A DNA stretch of 64,000 nucleotides from a virus, in the IMG/VR virus record IMGVR_UViG_3300037516_000306, positions 32,001-96,000 of that record; one strand, given 5' to 3'. Positions 1 to 10,412 of the stretch are shown in pieces. Every line of letters begins with the position of its first letter. The first letter of the stretch is position 1. Below the pieces are notes generated by a model. That model had not been told where the DNA came from and did no database searches. It worked only from the letters and a program-made list of their open reading frames with translations. The translations under genes and the position numbers were made by a program.

Positions 1-413
1 GTACTTGTTGTAGTTGGATAAACTGTAATCACTCCTGTTCCATCTAATTCACAATCTGTTGTTACACCAAATCCATCTAAATCACAATACAATAATGTAG
101 TGGTATGCGTAGTGGTTGGTTGTGGTGCTCCTGTAGTAGTTGTTGTAGTGCTTGGTGGTAAAGGTTTTGTCATAATTCCAACAAGAGCTTGAAATCCTCC
201 TCCAGCAGAAGAATCATCACAACATCCATTAAGTCCTGAATAAAAGAAATTATTTTCTCCTATATAAAAATTAGGAATATAAGTATGAAAAGAAATCCAA
301 CTTCCAGTATTTAAATTATATGACATGGTCCAAGATTTATTACAAAAATAATCTGGATCTGATAAGTAAACTTTCGTTCTTATTACTACTGGTATTTTAT
401 TTTCGTCAGCCAT
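1..413 (-). CDS. C-terminal part of split tail stabilization (muzzle-like) protein, Thr-rich; runs off window
   Basis: Not in ORF track. ATG at 413-411 gives MADENKIPVVIRTKVYLSDPDYFCNKSWTMSYNLNTGSWISFHTYIPNFY..., open to position 1. The SWTxSY..W.SFH.Y.P motif is typical of crAss-like stabilization proteins. Confidence 0.75.
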   Translation of the reverse strand, partial: MADENKIPVVIRTKVYLSDPDYFCNKSWTMSYNLNTGSWISFHTYIPNFYIGENNFFYSGLNGCCDDSSAGGGFQALVGIMTKPLPPSTTTTTTGAPQPTTTHTTTLLYCDLDGFGVTTDCELDGTGVITVYPTTTS

Positions 414-426
414 TGTTAATCTTTTA

Positions 427-3400
427 TTATGGTGTTGTAGTAGTCGTGGTACTTGTAGTGATAGGTTGATTAGTATAAACTATTGACTCAACATAAAACT
501 CTTTAGTTATAGGATCATATTTTACATCTTTATCAATAGGAATATAATCTTGTTTTGTAATTATCACTCTATCAAACTTACTATCATATACACCATGAAG
601 TCCTATTCCAGTATAGTTATTATCTATATCAACATTAGGAAAGAATCTAAGTATTTCAAATGCTAAGTGATCTGTCATAAATCTATTTACACCAGAACCA
701 ACTGCTGTAAGATCTTTAGCTCCTTCATTAGTTATTAAAAACACTTGTCCTCTTTTAGCATCTACAGTTACTTGTCCTTGTGGTATCTTCAATAAGAACT
801 TATTCTGACTTCCTACATATCCAAGATCTGTTTCAGCAAAATCAATAGGTGGAGTTTCTCCAAATAATTTAGTTCCTCCTAAATAAGCAGCTTTTGGATT
901 TGTAGAATCCATTGTTAATAATTTGTTATACAACAATGATTTGTTTTCAAATCTAGCAAGTACAGCTTTATCCTGAATACCATCTAATGATGTAAGCTTT
1001 CCATAGTTTTGAGGAAAATCAAATAATGCTAATGGGGCATAACTTAACCAATTGTTAACTCTTATATCAGCATTTTGTTCTTGTGAATCAGAATAGATTG
1101 CTCTAAATGGATAATATGTATAACATAATTGACTAGTCCAATCTGCTGGTAGATGTGAAAAGAAGTTTTCTTTATTCTGTTTAGAGAATGTTACATTATA
1201 ATAATATGTATTATCATAAGCAATTGTTGTAAACTCTTCTTGTACCCAATCATCAGGAATACCTGTAGATACATGTGGCCAGAAGTTTCCTTCTCTATCA
1301 TTGAATGCTTGTCTTAAATTTAAATTATAAGAAGTCTCACAATAAAAATTAGGAATACCATATGCAAATAAATAAAACTTACCATCATAAAATGTTCTAT
1401 ATGTACCAGCTGGTCCTCCAACAGTTGTAGGAGCTTTACTAGGATCACTAGGACAATCAAAGTTGTGAGCTTTAATTGATATAATGTTAGTCATTGTTTG
1501 GTAGTTATACAAAATAGATCTAGCAGAATGCCAGAATTTTGGATAAGCTACGTTACCTATTTCATCATAGAATATATCACTATCATCTAATCCATTCACT
1601 CTATTATCTATAAAGAATGGAAGTTTTGTTTTGTATGCAAATCTAGAAATAAATGTATCTCCACCAAACACTACATCATTTGAAAAACCACTATCAAAAA
1701 ATCTTTGGAATCCTGTGTCAATTGTTTCATATGAATATATTTGTCCCCATTGGTTTACAAATATATTTTTCAATGAAGCATAATATACTACAGTTGTAAT
1801 GTCTTGTTCTTTCTCAGGTGTGTTACAATAGTTTCTACCTGTAAGAGGATCTATATTACTAGAGATTGTGAATCTAGATTTATCTGTAATTAAAGATGTA
1901 CCTAATGAATTAACAAGTGTTGGTGTTTTATCAGGGAATGGTAATGGCACTACTGAATTAGTTAATGCACCTTTTGTTCTTAAATAAATAGAAGACTCTC
2001 TTTGGTAGTTATTAATGTTTTTATCATCTCCAATATTTTGAACTCCTGGAATCATATAAGATTTTAAATCAAGAGGTCTTTGTTTAATACCAACATTTCC
2101 ATTAATATCTGCAGTGTTATTATTTATATCTGAATAGTAATCATAGTTAGCTACAGAGTTAAATGAATACGCATAATTCTTTCTTGTAATACCATTTACA
2201 TAAATAGTTAGATATGCTTGGTATGCTGTAAATACAGCTGTTATATCTAGACCACCAATAGTAAATGATGCTTTTAATGCATCTTCTTGAACCTCTTTAG
2301 AAAGAAGTCTATATTTAGCATTACCTTTCACTTTGACAAAATGTGCTCTACCTCCACCAAACATTACATTTTCTAACTTAAGAACATCTCCTAAGAATGG
2401 TTGTGCAAAAGAAGTTTCAGGAGAATTAAACACTTGTCTATATCTAGAACTATCACTAGTTATAGGAGGAAGTGGTTTAGGATCTCCACAGAATGCATTA
2501 AGTGGTGATCTTCTTCCATACTCTCTTCCTGGAACTACATTTCCAAAAGGAGTTAATGTATTTGGAGGAAACTGTCCTAATGGGGGTGTTACAAAAGGTT
2601 GCTTAGTTGCACAAGGAGCAGGTTGTAAATCTTGTTCTTTAAAAGGAACTGAGTTTAAATCTAATCTTTGAACATATACAGGACCAATAGCACCTGCACA
2701 AGGATAAGGCATCCATCCCCCCCAATTTAAAGTTTTAAGAGGTTGATTATCATTAGTCCAACGAGTATTACTTCTTAATTTATAACAACTAACACCTGCG
2801 CATGCATTATTAACATACCACACATCATAGTTACCAGGACCTATTGTTGCTTTACCACTTAAATATATTGGTCTTGTTAAAGAACAAAATTCATAAGTTT
2901 CATTAGCAACCATTTGTTTAATTACTTGTTCACCAGTTTCTGGCTCAAAATAACTATAATCACCTGACTCAGTACATACAACCATCCATGGTTCTGTTTG
3001 TCCTAATACAGCATATGAATTACTACTTGCTAATAAGAATGGATCTGTATTAAGATCGTTATATGGATAGTTTGGATAGTATAAAGTTTGATCTTGTCTT
3101 TGGTATGTTCCTACATTACGGAGCATTCCTTTAGCTACAATAGATTTATTTGTATTTCTATTACCTCTTACAATTTTAAATCCTACAACATCATCTTTTT
3201 GATCTTGTGTAAGACCTGTTGATGTTTGTATAAGTGTTTCTATTTGTTTAATATTAACTTTTACACCTAATGGATATACAGCATTATTTTGCATCACTGG
3301 TTGAAACCCAGGAGTTAATGAATATACAGGATTCTCAAATATAGGACTTACAAGAACATCTGGAAACTTATGATGTCTAATAGGTTTACCAGCAAGATCA

Positions 3401-4872
3401 CCCCATACATCAACATTACAAGGATACTCTTCTGTAGACTCCCAATAAGCAAACTCACCATATTGATATGGTGTAGCATTATTAATATTAGGACCAGTAG
3501 CATTACCTATGACAGTAGCTGTATTATATATTTTCCAATAAGAACTATATCCTATTCCTGTAACAGGATCGATATAATCAGGCTCACCTATAAAATCAGC
3601 ATTAGTATTTGGTACATCTGGATATTGTAAATCAGCATAAGTTAATGTTCTTCCAGGAATATGGAACCCATCTGTTTGTTTTCCATTCTTTAATAAGAAT
3701 ACAATCTCAAATGCATACACCTCATCACGTAGATATCCACGTAGGTTTGTAGCATTTAATTCATCACCATAATTTTCATTGGAAGGAATTCTGTATGTCT
3801 CCCATAATAAATCTATTTGAGATGCTATTTGTTGATAATTAATTCTATCTATAGATGTAAGATTATCCCATACAAGAACATCTTGTACAGCTGTAAGATC
3901 TTGTGCTATATCATAGTATGGATACTTCTCAAATATATCTGATGGAGAAAGATTAATAAGTGTATTATTCTGTCCAGTATATGTTATTGTGTCAACTTGA
4001 TTCTCAATTGAATATGTACCAACTAATTCTATAGTGGTAATATTATTAACTGTTTTAATTACAGCTACATTATAATATTGAAATAACCCTGTTGTATCTA
4101 AATTAGTAATACTAACTTCTATAGATCTACCCACTTTATAATCAAATATAGCTGTGGTTAATTGCGTATCAGCAATTGGTGTAGGATTTGTAACAGAGTA
4201 ATATGATGTGTAAGGATTACCAGATGCATTAGCATATTGAATAGCAAACTGATATGTACCAGCAGTAAGATCTCCACCACTAGCTATATCTGATATAGTA
4301 AGTTGTGGAATATTAAAATTAGGTTGTATTTTTAATTGATTACAATCTAATTGATTTGTATATGTAGGGTCACAAGGATCTGAAGTAGGAGTTTGTAAAT
4401 ATGGAATATTTTCAATATCTAAATATCTTCTTGGATTTAATCCATCTGTCCAATATATTTCTGTAGTGCAATTACTTATTTTATGTACAACTTTATGTAT
4501 AGGATTGTTCTCATTAAAATTAAGACATGCAGCTTCTACTAATGTACGGTAGATACAATCATTGTTATCCATATATCCTATTTGACTCATCCCTAGTTGA
4601 GGATTTACAACAAAGAATATATGTTTGCTTTTTTCTGCAATAAAGTGTCTACCAATTAACATGTATCCAGAAGGAAAACTTATACAAAGTTCATTCCCTT
4701 GTTCATTTTGATAATTAATAGAACTTGCATCAAAGTTTTCTAAGGCAGCATTTAATGCATATGTAAGAGTACCTGGTTTAATCTGGTTCAAAGTTTGATC
4801 CATATTTAAACCAATAGATCCACTATTAATTTCTATCCTTATATTACTTTGTTCTTTTTCTTGATCAGCCAT
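427..4872 (-). CDS. Tail stabilization protein (crAss-like muzzle, P22 gp10-like), N-terminal part
   Basis: 1481 aa directly downstream of the tail tubular gene; YWTDGLNPRRY and GYLRDEVYAF motifs; ends in poly-Thr. Confidence 0.8.
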   Translation of the reverse strand: MADQEKEQSNIRIEINSGSIGLNMDQTLNQIKPGTLTYALNAALENFDASSINYQNEQGNELCISFPSGYMLIGRHFIAEKSKHIFFVVNPQLGMSQIGYMDNNDCIYRTLVEAACLNFNENNPIHKVVHKISNCTTEIYWTDGLNPRRYLDIENIPYLQTPTSDPCDPTYTNQLDCNQLKIQPNFNIPQLTISDIASGGDLTAGTYQFAIQYANASGNPYTSYYSVTNPTPIADTQLTTAIFDYKVGRSIEVSITNLDTTGLFQYYNVAVIKTVNNITTIELVGTYSIENQVDTITYTGQNNTLINLSPSDIFEKYPYYDIAQDLTAVQDVLVWDNLTSIDRINYQQIASQIDLLWETYRIPSNENYGDELNATNLRGYLRDEVYAFEIVFLLKNGKQTDGFHIPGRTLTYADLQYPDVPNTNADFIGEPDYIDPVTGIGYSSYWKIYNTATVIGNATGPNINNATPYQYGEFAYWESTEEYPCNVDVWGDLAGKPIRHHKFPDVLVSPIFENPVYSLTPGFQPVMQNNAVYPLGVKVNIKQIETLIQTSTGLTQDQKDDVVGFKIVRGNRNTNKSIVAKGMLRNVGTYQRQDQTLYYPNYPYNDLNTDPFLLASSNSYAVLGQTEPWMVVCTESGDYSYFEPETGEQVIKQMVANETYEFCSLTRPIYLSGKATIGPGNYDVWYVNNACAGVSCYKLRSNTRWTNDNQPLKTLNWGGWMPYPCAGAIGPVYVQRLDLNSVPFKEQDLQPAPCATKQPFVTPPLGQFPPNTLTPFGNVVPGREYGRRSPLNAFCGDPKPLPPITSDSSRYRQVFNSPETSFAQPFLGDVLKLENVMFGGGRAHFVKVKGNAKYRLLSKEVQEDALKASFTIGGLDITAVFTAYQAYLTIYVNGITRKNYAYSFNSVANYDYYSDINNNTADINGNVGIKQRPLDLKSYMIPGVQNIGDDKNINNYQRESSIYLRTKGALTNSVVPLPFPDKTPTLVNSLGTSLITDKSRFTISSNIDPLTGRNYCNTPEKEQDITTVVYYASLKNIFVNQWGQIYSYETIDTGFQRFFDSGFSNDVVFGGDTFISRFAYKTKLPFFIDNRVNGLDDSDIFYDEIGNVAYPKFWHSARSILYNYQTMTNIISIKAHNFDCPSDPSKAPTTVGGPAGTYRTFYDGKFYLFAYGIPNFYCETSYNLNLRQAFNDREGNFWPHVSTGIPDDWVQEEFTTIAYDNTYYYNVTFSKQNKENFFSHLPADWTSQLCYTYYPFRAIYSDSQEQNADIRVNNWLSYAPLALFDFPQNYGKLTSLDGIQDKAVLARFENKSLLYNKLLTMDSTNPKAAYLGGTKLFGETPPIDFAETDLGYVGSQNKFLLKIPQGQVTVDAKRGQVFLITNEGAKDLTAVGSGVNRFMTDHLAFEILRFFPNVDIDNNYTGIGLHGVYDSKFDRVIITKQDYIPIDKDVKYDPITKEFYVESIVYTNQPITTSTTTTTTP

Positions 4873-4877
4873 AGTTT

Positions 4878-5852
4878 TTAGTTATTACGTCTTCTACCAT
4901 ATCTATTAGTACGGTTAGGAAGTTCATACATATTGAATCTATTAAGATCGTTTTTAATTCTTCTTTGCTTCTCCCAAGGAGTTTGTTTCTTCATTTCAAT
5001 CTCAGCCATGATGTAAGATTCTTCATAAGCTTGTTTATGATATAACATCTTTTGTTGTAACTGATTGAAAGTTTCATCATTAGTTTGATTAGTAAGAGTT
5101 TCAAATATCTTGAATTTAAGAAACGCTTCTACATATTCTCTAATACGATAGTTATCAGGAATCATTTGATTTCCTATTTGATCATACTCTGTAGCATAGA
5201 ATAATAAGTGTACCACACCATTTCTAAAATTAGTTACAAACTTATTGTCTCTAATATCAAATGAGTCATAACTAGCAGCACCAGGAGTGAATTCATGAAT
5301 AGGAGGAGCTTCTGCATAGAAGTCCCAATTGTTAGTGTATTCCACTCCACAGTTTTGTCTTGCAGATATATTACCAGGCTTAAGTAAATACTCGTGAGTA
5401 AATCCTCTAGCTACAGTGTTGTTTGTTTTATATACAGCTTGTACTAATACAGGCATACATGTACCATCACATTGTGGAACTTGACAACCAGGTTGATTAC
5501 AAGGAGTTCCTCCAATAGTTAATGGAGCCACTTGAATAGTTGTAGCTGAAGCAGCTTGAGAATAGAATGAATTAGCTGATTGATATGGGTATCCTGCAAC
5601 TTCTGTACACATCCAAGCTTCTCTTACAGCATAAAAGTTATCAGGGAGTCTAGCTTGGTAATCTTCTATAAATAAGACTTCTTCACTTATTACAAAGGTA
5701 GTTCTTCCTAACTTCTTAAGACACTTATCTAAGTAGGTAGGAAATAAAAGATCATCCACTGCACCAGTATCAAAGTAACTTTTAAGTTCTTCTTTAACTG
5801 TTGAGTAGACAGGCTCTGGGGATACAAAATTATATTTATAGTAATATGACAT
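4878..5852 (-). CDS. Tail tubular/ring protein (P22 gp4-like)
   Basis: Lies between IHF-like and stabilization genes as in crAss-like phages; ARLPDNF and MIPDNY motifs. Confidence 0.65.
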   Translation of the reverse strand: MSYYYKYNFVSPEPVYSTVKEELKSYFDTGAVDDLLFPTYLDKCLKKLGRTTFVISEEVLFIEDYQARLPDNFYAVREAWMCTEVAGYPYQSANSFYSQAASATTIQVAPLTIGGTPCNQPGCQVPQCDGTCMPVLVQAVYKTNNTVARGFTHEYLLKPGNISARQNCGVEYTNNWDFYAEAPPIHEFTPGAASYDSFDIRDNKFVTNFRNGVVHLLFYATEYDQIGNQMIPDNYRIREYVEAFLKFKIFETLTNQTNDETFNQLQQKMLYHKQAYEESYIMAEIEMKKQTPWEKQRRIKNDLNRFNMYELPNRTNRYGRRRNN

Positions 5853-5858
5853 AGTTCA

Positions 5859-6335
5859 TTATTTTTTCCATTCTCGGTAAATATTTTGGTACTTGTCGCT
5901 GGTTTTTAGATAGTGTGATAAAAGTCTTGAAGTGAGTCTAGAAGGTTTGAAATACCATAGGTCAGAGTTTTTGAAACGTGCTGTTGGTTTAAACCACATC
6001 CAACCAAAAAAATAACCTTCCGTATGATAATTAAAGTTATAAATAACTTTTCCTTTCTCTTTAGTTTTCTGCCAATCGATTGGTAAGTTAATAAACTCTT
6101 TTCCATCAGCTAGTTTTATTTTTCTTCTTTTCTTTTTATTGATAGAGAACTCTCCAAACCCATAAGGTAGTTTTGCTTTCTCACCTGTTTCTAATATATA
6201 CTCTTTAAAGAATTCATTGTAAGTGTAGATAATATTTCTCCACTCATCATACGTAAGAGTTATAGAAGGGTGTTTTTTGCAGAACTGATTATAGTTGTCT
6301 TTGCTAGAGCTTCTCCAATCAATCTTTGTTCTCAT
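5859..6335 (-). CDS. IHF/HU-like DNA-binding protein
   Basis: KLPYGFGEFSINKKK resembles the HU/IHF GFGxF motif; basic; conserved crAss position. Confidence 0.65.
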   Translation of the reverse strand: MRTKIDWRSSSKDNYNQFCKKHPSITLTYDEWRNIIYTYNEFFKEYILETGEKAKLPYGFGEFSINKKKRRKIKLADGKEFINLPIDWQKTKEKGKVIYNFNYHTEGYFFGWMWFKPTARFKNSDLWYFKPSRLTSRLLSHYLKTSDKYQNIYREWKK

Positions 6336-7063
6336 TAATTAGTTGGTTTTGAGTTTGGTGATTGACCATCTATTCCTTCTTGACTAGTATCAGTTTTAAG
6401 ATTGAAGTATGTAGATAGAAGTTTTTGAGATGTAAGTTGTAGTACTTGTTGTTCTAAATATCCAGGAAGAGGAAACTCTTTATCTAATGGATTCTTACAT
6501 AGTTCTTCAGTAGTGTATTCTGGAGTTCCACATCCACATTCTGGATACATGATTTCATTTTCTACATCTTCTTCAAATAATGCAACAAATCTAATTGCTT
6601 TAAGTAAAGGATTGTTTACATATAGATATCCATTAGATATCCAATAGTATTCTTCTTTCTTGATTATAGGAAGCTTTAAAAGATTTATATATCTATTGAT
6701 AGTTATTTCTTTTAACTTTTTTCCTACACCACTCATAGCATTAATGGAATAAACTCCTTGTATTACATATTGGTAATTACCTTCTGATATACGTGGAAGT
6801 TTAAACTTAGTTCTAGCTATAGTACATTCATCTACATAATTACAACATTCAGAAATAGATACCTCTACCATTTCCAAACAAGGAATGGTAGTAAATAATG
6901 TATCAGTTGCCCAAAGCTTTCTTAGATTGGTTTCTCTCTTTATAAGTAATAAAGAGTTGTTTCTTATCTCAGATGCAATTGCTCTATCTGTAATAAGACT
7001 ATCTGTAGAAAGTATCTTGTGGACACTTCTAACATCTGATACTAATTTTCTTAATGTTGCCAT
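6335..7063 (-). CDS. Conserved crAss-like virion ring protein
   Basis: 242 aa in tail module; IPCLEMVEV and EFPLPGYL motifs. Confidence 0.55.
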   Translation of the reverse strand: MATLRKLVSDVRSVHKILSTDSLITDRAIASEIRNNSLLLIKRETNLRKLWATDTLFTTIPCLEMVEVSISECCNYVDECTIARTKFKLPRISEGNYQYVIQGVYSINAMSGVGKKLKEITINRYINLLKLPIIKKEEYYWISNGYLYVNNPLLKAIRFVALFEEDVENEIMYPECGCGTPEYTTEELCKNPLDKEFPLPGYLEQQVLQLTSQKLLSTYFNLKTDTSQEGIDGQSPNSKPTN

Positions 7064-7065
7064 AA

Positions 7066-8289
7066 TTATATTCTTGTTTCGAACTCAGCAATCTTACCTA
7101 GTTTACTATCATATACTAAAGCTAAGGCAGCTCTTACTGAATGTACGTAGTTATTATCTAGGTGCCATCTATCAGTTCCTGAAAGACTAGGCATTTGTTG
7201 TATTCTTACACCTTTGACTTCTTTAGCCATGTAGTGATGTTTATCACCTGTATGTACTTCTCTATAGATAGCATTACCAAATGCTTGACTATATTGAGGA
7301 TGTGTTGCAAACAATAATGGTAGGTCTTCTAACTTACAGTTACCATGGTGCCATCCAATAAATGTATTTCCTAATGTTAATCCTTTAACTACACTATGCT
7401 CTCTGATAAAATCTACATCAAGATCTTCCTTGAAATAAACATCTAATGCATGAGCTAAGTAAAAAGATTTAGTTCTATCATGATTACCCTGTACAAGAAT
7501 GACAGTTACATCATTGGCATTCTGTCTTAACATGTTAATTGTATCTACAAGAATAGCAAATCCTAATTCATATTCAGAACTATAATCCATTATAGTATCT
7601 TGTGGAGTACCTTGTGTAGTTTGGTTTTGATAGTTATCAGTATGAAAGAAATCATTTGATATAGGTAACACTACAGTGTTTATATTGTAATTAGCTCTCA
7701 CTTTGTTAATCAAAGACTGAGCCACATTAAAATATCTTAAAGCTCTTCCTTCTGGACTATTATCACCATCTACAGTTCTTTTAGCTAAATGAAAATCAGA
7801 TAAAGATATTTCTATATCTACATAATCTTTCTCTATAGAATAGTTTTCTTTAGCAATTGATATGTTATTTGGTTTGTAGTTTTGTAAAAATTTAGCAAAG
7901 TCTTCAGGGGAATAATCTTTTGCTTGTTTTAGTTTTGAAAAGACTGAGGAAGTAAACTTCCCACTTGGTAACATCTTAGACCAGTAGTTGGTTATGATGT
8001 ATTTATCTAAATTTATCTTATGTAGCTTAGCTAGTTCAATATCATTTTTAGGTTCATAGTCAGATATGATTGTACTTTCTAGTGTACCTTTTTCAACATT
8101 AACTTTACGTTCTTCTGTATAGTTTCTTGCTATCTCTGAAGGTTGTTCATTATCTTTTTCTTTAAGTTCTCTCATGAGCTCACTCACTTCAAACTCACTT
8201 ATTCCTAATCTTTCAGCATAGAACTTTTTACTTTTCTTTTGCGTTAATAACTCTTCTAATTGGTATAACAAGTGTTGATTTTCAGACAT
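7066..8289 (-). CDS. Calcineurin-like metallophosphoesterase with N-terminal HTH
   Basis: SDFHL, NDFFH, GNHD, HHG and GDKHH metal motifs; N-terminal YAERLGISEFEV HTH-like segment. Confidence 0.8.
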   Translation of the reverse strand: MSENQHLLYQLEELLTQKKSKKFYAERLGISEFEVSELMRELKEKDNEQPSEIARNYTEERKVNVEKGTLESTIISDYEPKNDIELAKLHKINLDKYIITNYWSKMLPSGKFTSSVFSKLKQAKDYSPEDFAKFLQNYKPNNISIAKENYSIEKDYVDIEISLSDFHLAKRTVDGDNSPEGRALRYFNVAQSLINKVRANYNINTVVLPISNDFFHTDNYQNQTTQGTPQDTIMDYSSEYELGFAILVDTINMLRQNANDVTVILVQGNHDRTKSFYLAHALDVYFKEDLDVDFIREHSVVKGLTLGNTFIGWHHGNCKLEDLPLLFATHPQYSQAFGNAIYREVHTGDKHHYMAKEVKGVRIQQMPSLSGTDRWHLDNNYVHSVRAALALVYDSKLGKIAEFETRI

Positions 8290-8317
8290 ATGTATTTATA
8301 TTAGTTAAAAAATATTG

Positions 8318-8350
8318 TAAAGATAAACAATTGTTTTTATATATTCCAAA
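8318..8350 (-). promoter_or_regulatory. Bacteroidota sigma70-type promoter for phosphoesterase/tail genes
   Basis: Minus strand TTTG-N21-TATCTTTA. Confidence 0.6.
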
Positions 8351-8395
8351 TAATTTTAGTTAGAGATAGAATTATTTATAACTAAATTAGTTATA

Positions 8396-8432
8396 AAACA
8401 AAAACTCCCCAAGAAAAATCTTGAGGAGAAAA
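8396..8432 (-). terminator. Intrinsic terminator after fibre cluster
   Basis: Minus strand CTCCTCAAGA-TTTT-TCTTGGGGAG followed by TTTTTGTTTT. Confidence 0.7.
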
Positions 8433-8463
8433 CTTGTAAAACCAACAAAACAAGATTTTTTTA

Positions 8464-8715
8464 TTAAGTTAAGGTAGTTGTAGTGGTTGTTGTCACTTGA
8501 TCTAGTACTATATCTATATAGTTAGTACAATCTCCTGTTGATAACACTCTAACTACTGTTGTGTAATCAGGAACTAAAGAAGAAGAATATCCTGTAAGTA
8601 AAGCTGTTTTATCTACTCCTGATTCAAATGCTGTTACATATCCATCTAGATTTGAATACAGGTTGAAGGGGCCTGAATCAGCCCCAGCAACTGTTAATGT
8701 TATTAATACTGTCAT
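8464..8715 (-). CDS. Small putative virion protein with poly-Thr tail
   Basis: Paralogue of the N-terminal domain of 8733..10043 (MTVLITLT..GPFNLYS..DGY..CTNYIDI). Confidence 0.75.
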   Translation of the reverse strand: MTVLITLTVAGADSGPFNLYSNLDGYVTAFESGVDKTALLTGYSSSLVPDYTTVVRVLSTGDCTNYIDIVLDQVTTTTTTTLT

Positions 8716-8732
8716 ATATTATTGATTTTAAA

Positions 8733-10043
8733 TTAAAACGGACAAGGTCCTATTATATTAAATAGTACACCTCCTGTTGAGTAAACATTAGTTGCACAGC
8801 CAGTACCTGTTTCACCTGGTCCATAAGGAACAGTAGAGACAACACCTGTGTCACAATCAGTCACAACTAAATCTCCTCCAACATCTCCTGAATCATAAGA
8901 ATATTCAAAACAATATCCTGTACAACCTGCTCCTTCTGTTGTGTCTGCTGGAAAGTTATCACTAATTAAAGGAGATTGAGCACATATTGTTATTGAAGGA
9001 TCTAGTTCTCCTAAATTAATAGTAAGTGGAGTTGATCCACCACATGGTGTGTATTGTACTGTATGTATCTCACCAGCAACTGGATCTATTAGATATTGTG
9101 CACATGTAGGAATACCTGTAGTTGTACTTGTAGTTGTAGATGTAGATGGTGTTGGTATACAGCATGGACCGAAAGCTTCTACAGTAAAGGATACAGTTGC
9201 TGATAATGAATTTCTATTCAAACATGCAGGATCATCAAGACCAATAAATACGTTTGGACCTGAAACTATAGCTACTGATTTAGGAGTACCAAAACAATCT
9301 TCATAGTTAAATGTACCAGCTCCATCTGCAATAATACTTACATACTCAACACATGGACACACAGTAGTAGTGGTTGTAGTTGTTGGCGGTATAGTAGTAG
9401 TAGTAGTTGTTGTTTGACAAGCTCCTAAAATACAAGGATCTCCAACTGTAATTATTACACTAGGATCATTCGCAGATGGTAGAGATCCACAAAGTTTTAC
9501 AGTTTCATTACCACCAATACCTATATTGAATAGTTCAACATTATCACAAGTAGTATATCCAAACAAATGAGGATTTTCATCTGTATTTACAAATGTTAAA
9601 CAATTACAAGCAATAACTGTTGTTGTTGAAGTTGTTGTACTAGAACTACTTGTAGTAGTTGATGTAGTACTACTTGAGGTACTAGTTGTTGTACTTGTAG
9701 GAGGAACAGTAGTTGTACTAGTTGATGTAGAACTACTTGTACTGGTTGTAGTGCTCGTAGGAGGAACTGTAGTAGTAGATGTAGTTGTACTACTAGAACT
9801 GGTAGTAGTAGTTGTAGTAATTAAATTGATTGGTATATCAATATAATTTGTACATGGTGCAATAGATCTCACTCTAATGATTGTTGTTCCAGGAGGTACA
9901 TTAAATGATATAAATCCAGCTGTTAAAACAAGTGCAGATATATTTGTTTCAAATGGTAGGACATACCCATCTGTATCTGAATAAAGATTAAAAGGACCTG
10001 CAATCCCACCAGGTGGTATGGTTAATGTTATTAAGACTGTCAT
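8733..10043 (-). CDS. Modular Thr/Ser-rich, Cys-rich putative fibre/decoration protein
   Basis: Small Cys domains separated by long T/S tracts; TTTVPPTSTTTSTSSST occurs twice. Confidence 0.7.
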   Translation of the reverse strand: MTVLITLTIPPGGIAGPFNLYSDTDGYVLPFETNISALVLTAGFISFNVPPGTTIIRVRSIAPCTNYIDIPINLITTTTTTSSSSTTTSTTTVPPTSTTTSTSSSTSTSTTTVPPTSTTTSTSSSTTSTTTSSSSTTTSTTTVIACNCLTFVNTDENPHLFGYTTCDNVELFNIGIGGNETVKLCGSLPSANDPSVIITVGDPCILGACQTTTTTTTIPPTTTTTTTVCPCVEYVSIIADGAGTFNYEDCFGTPKSVAIVSGPNVFIGLDDPACLNRNSLSATVSFTVEAFGPCCIPTPSTSTTTSTTTGIPTCAQYLIDPVAGEIHTVQYTPCGGSTPLTINLGELDPSITICAQSPLISDNFPADTTEGAGCTGYCFEYSYDSGDVGGDLVVTDCDTGVVSTVPYGPGETGTGCATNVYSTGGVLFNIIGPCPF

Positions 10044-10079
10044 ATTTTTATATGTTAATTTATGTTAATTTATATTAGT

Positions 10080-10379
10080 TTATGATAATTGATTAGCAGT
10101 TCCAGTAAAGTCACATACATTACAACATACAGCAAGTTGATTATATATGTCAGTTATATTATTATTAATATTTGTTATACTGTTGTTAATATCTGTTACA
10201 TTTATTGTAATTTCATTTACACCAATTATAGCATCACATATAATAGCATCAAACTTAGCAAGGATAGTATTTAAATTATCACATGTATTCACATCTGAAC
10301 AAGGAAGTGGAGTACCATCATATGTGATAGTACTCGTTCCTTGTATTGTTGTATTATTTATTTGAGAGCAATTTCCCAT
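10080..10379 (-). CDS. Cys-rich coiled-coil putative virion protein
   Basis: Paralogous to the N-terminus of 10413..12026 (YDG..L.C....CD.LN.IL.K.D.IIC); both contain C.FTGTANQL. Confidence 0.7.
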   Translation of the reverse strand: MGNCSQINNTTIQGTSTITYDGTPLPCSDVNTCDNLNTILAKFDAIICDAIIGVNEITINVTDINNSITNINNNITDIYNQLAVCCNVCDFTGTANQLS

Positions 10380-10412
10380 TTTAAATTTTTATTTAAATTA
10401 CTGTTGCTTGTA

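Noticed and set aside
9600-9830. CRISPR array or satellite in the GTA/GTT repeats
   Set aside because: Degenerate trinucleotide coding repeats; no constant repeat with unique spacers
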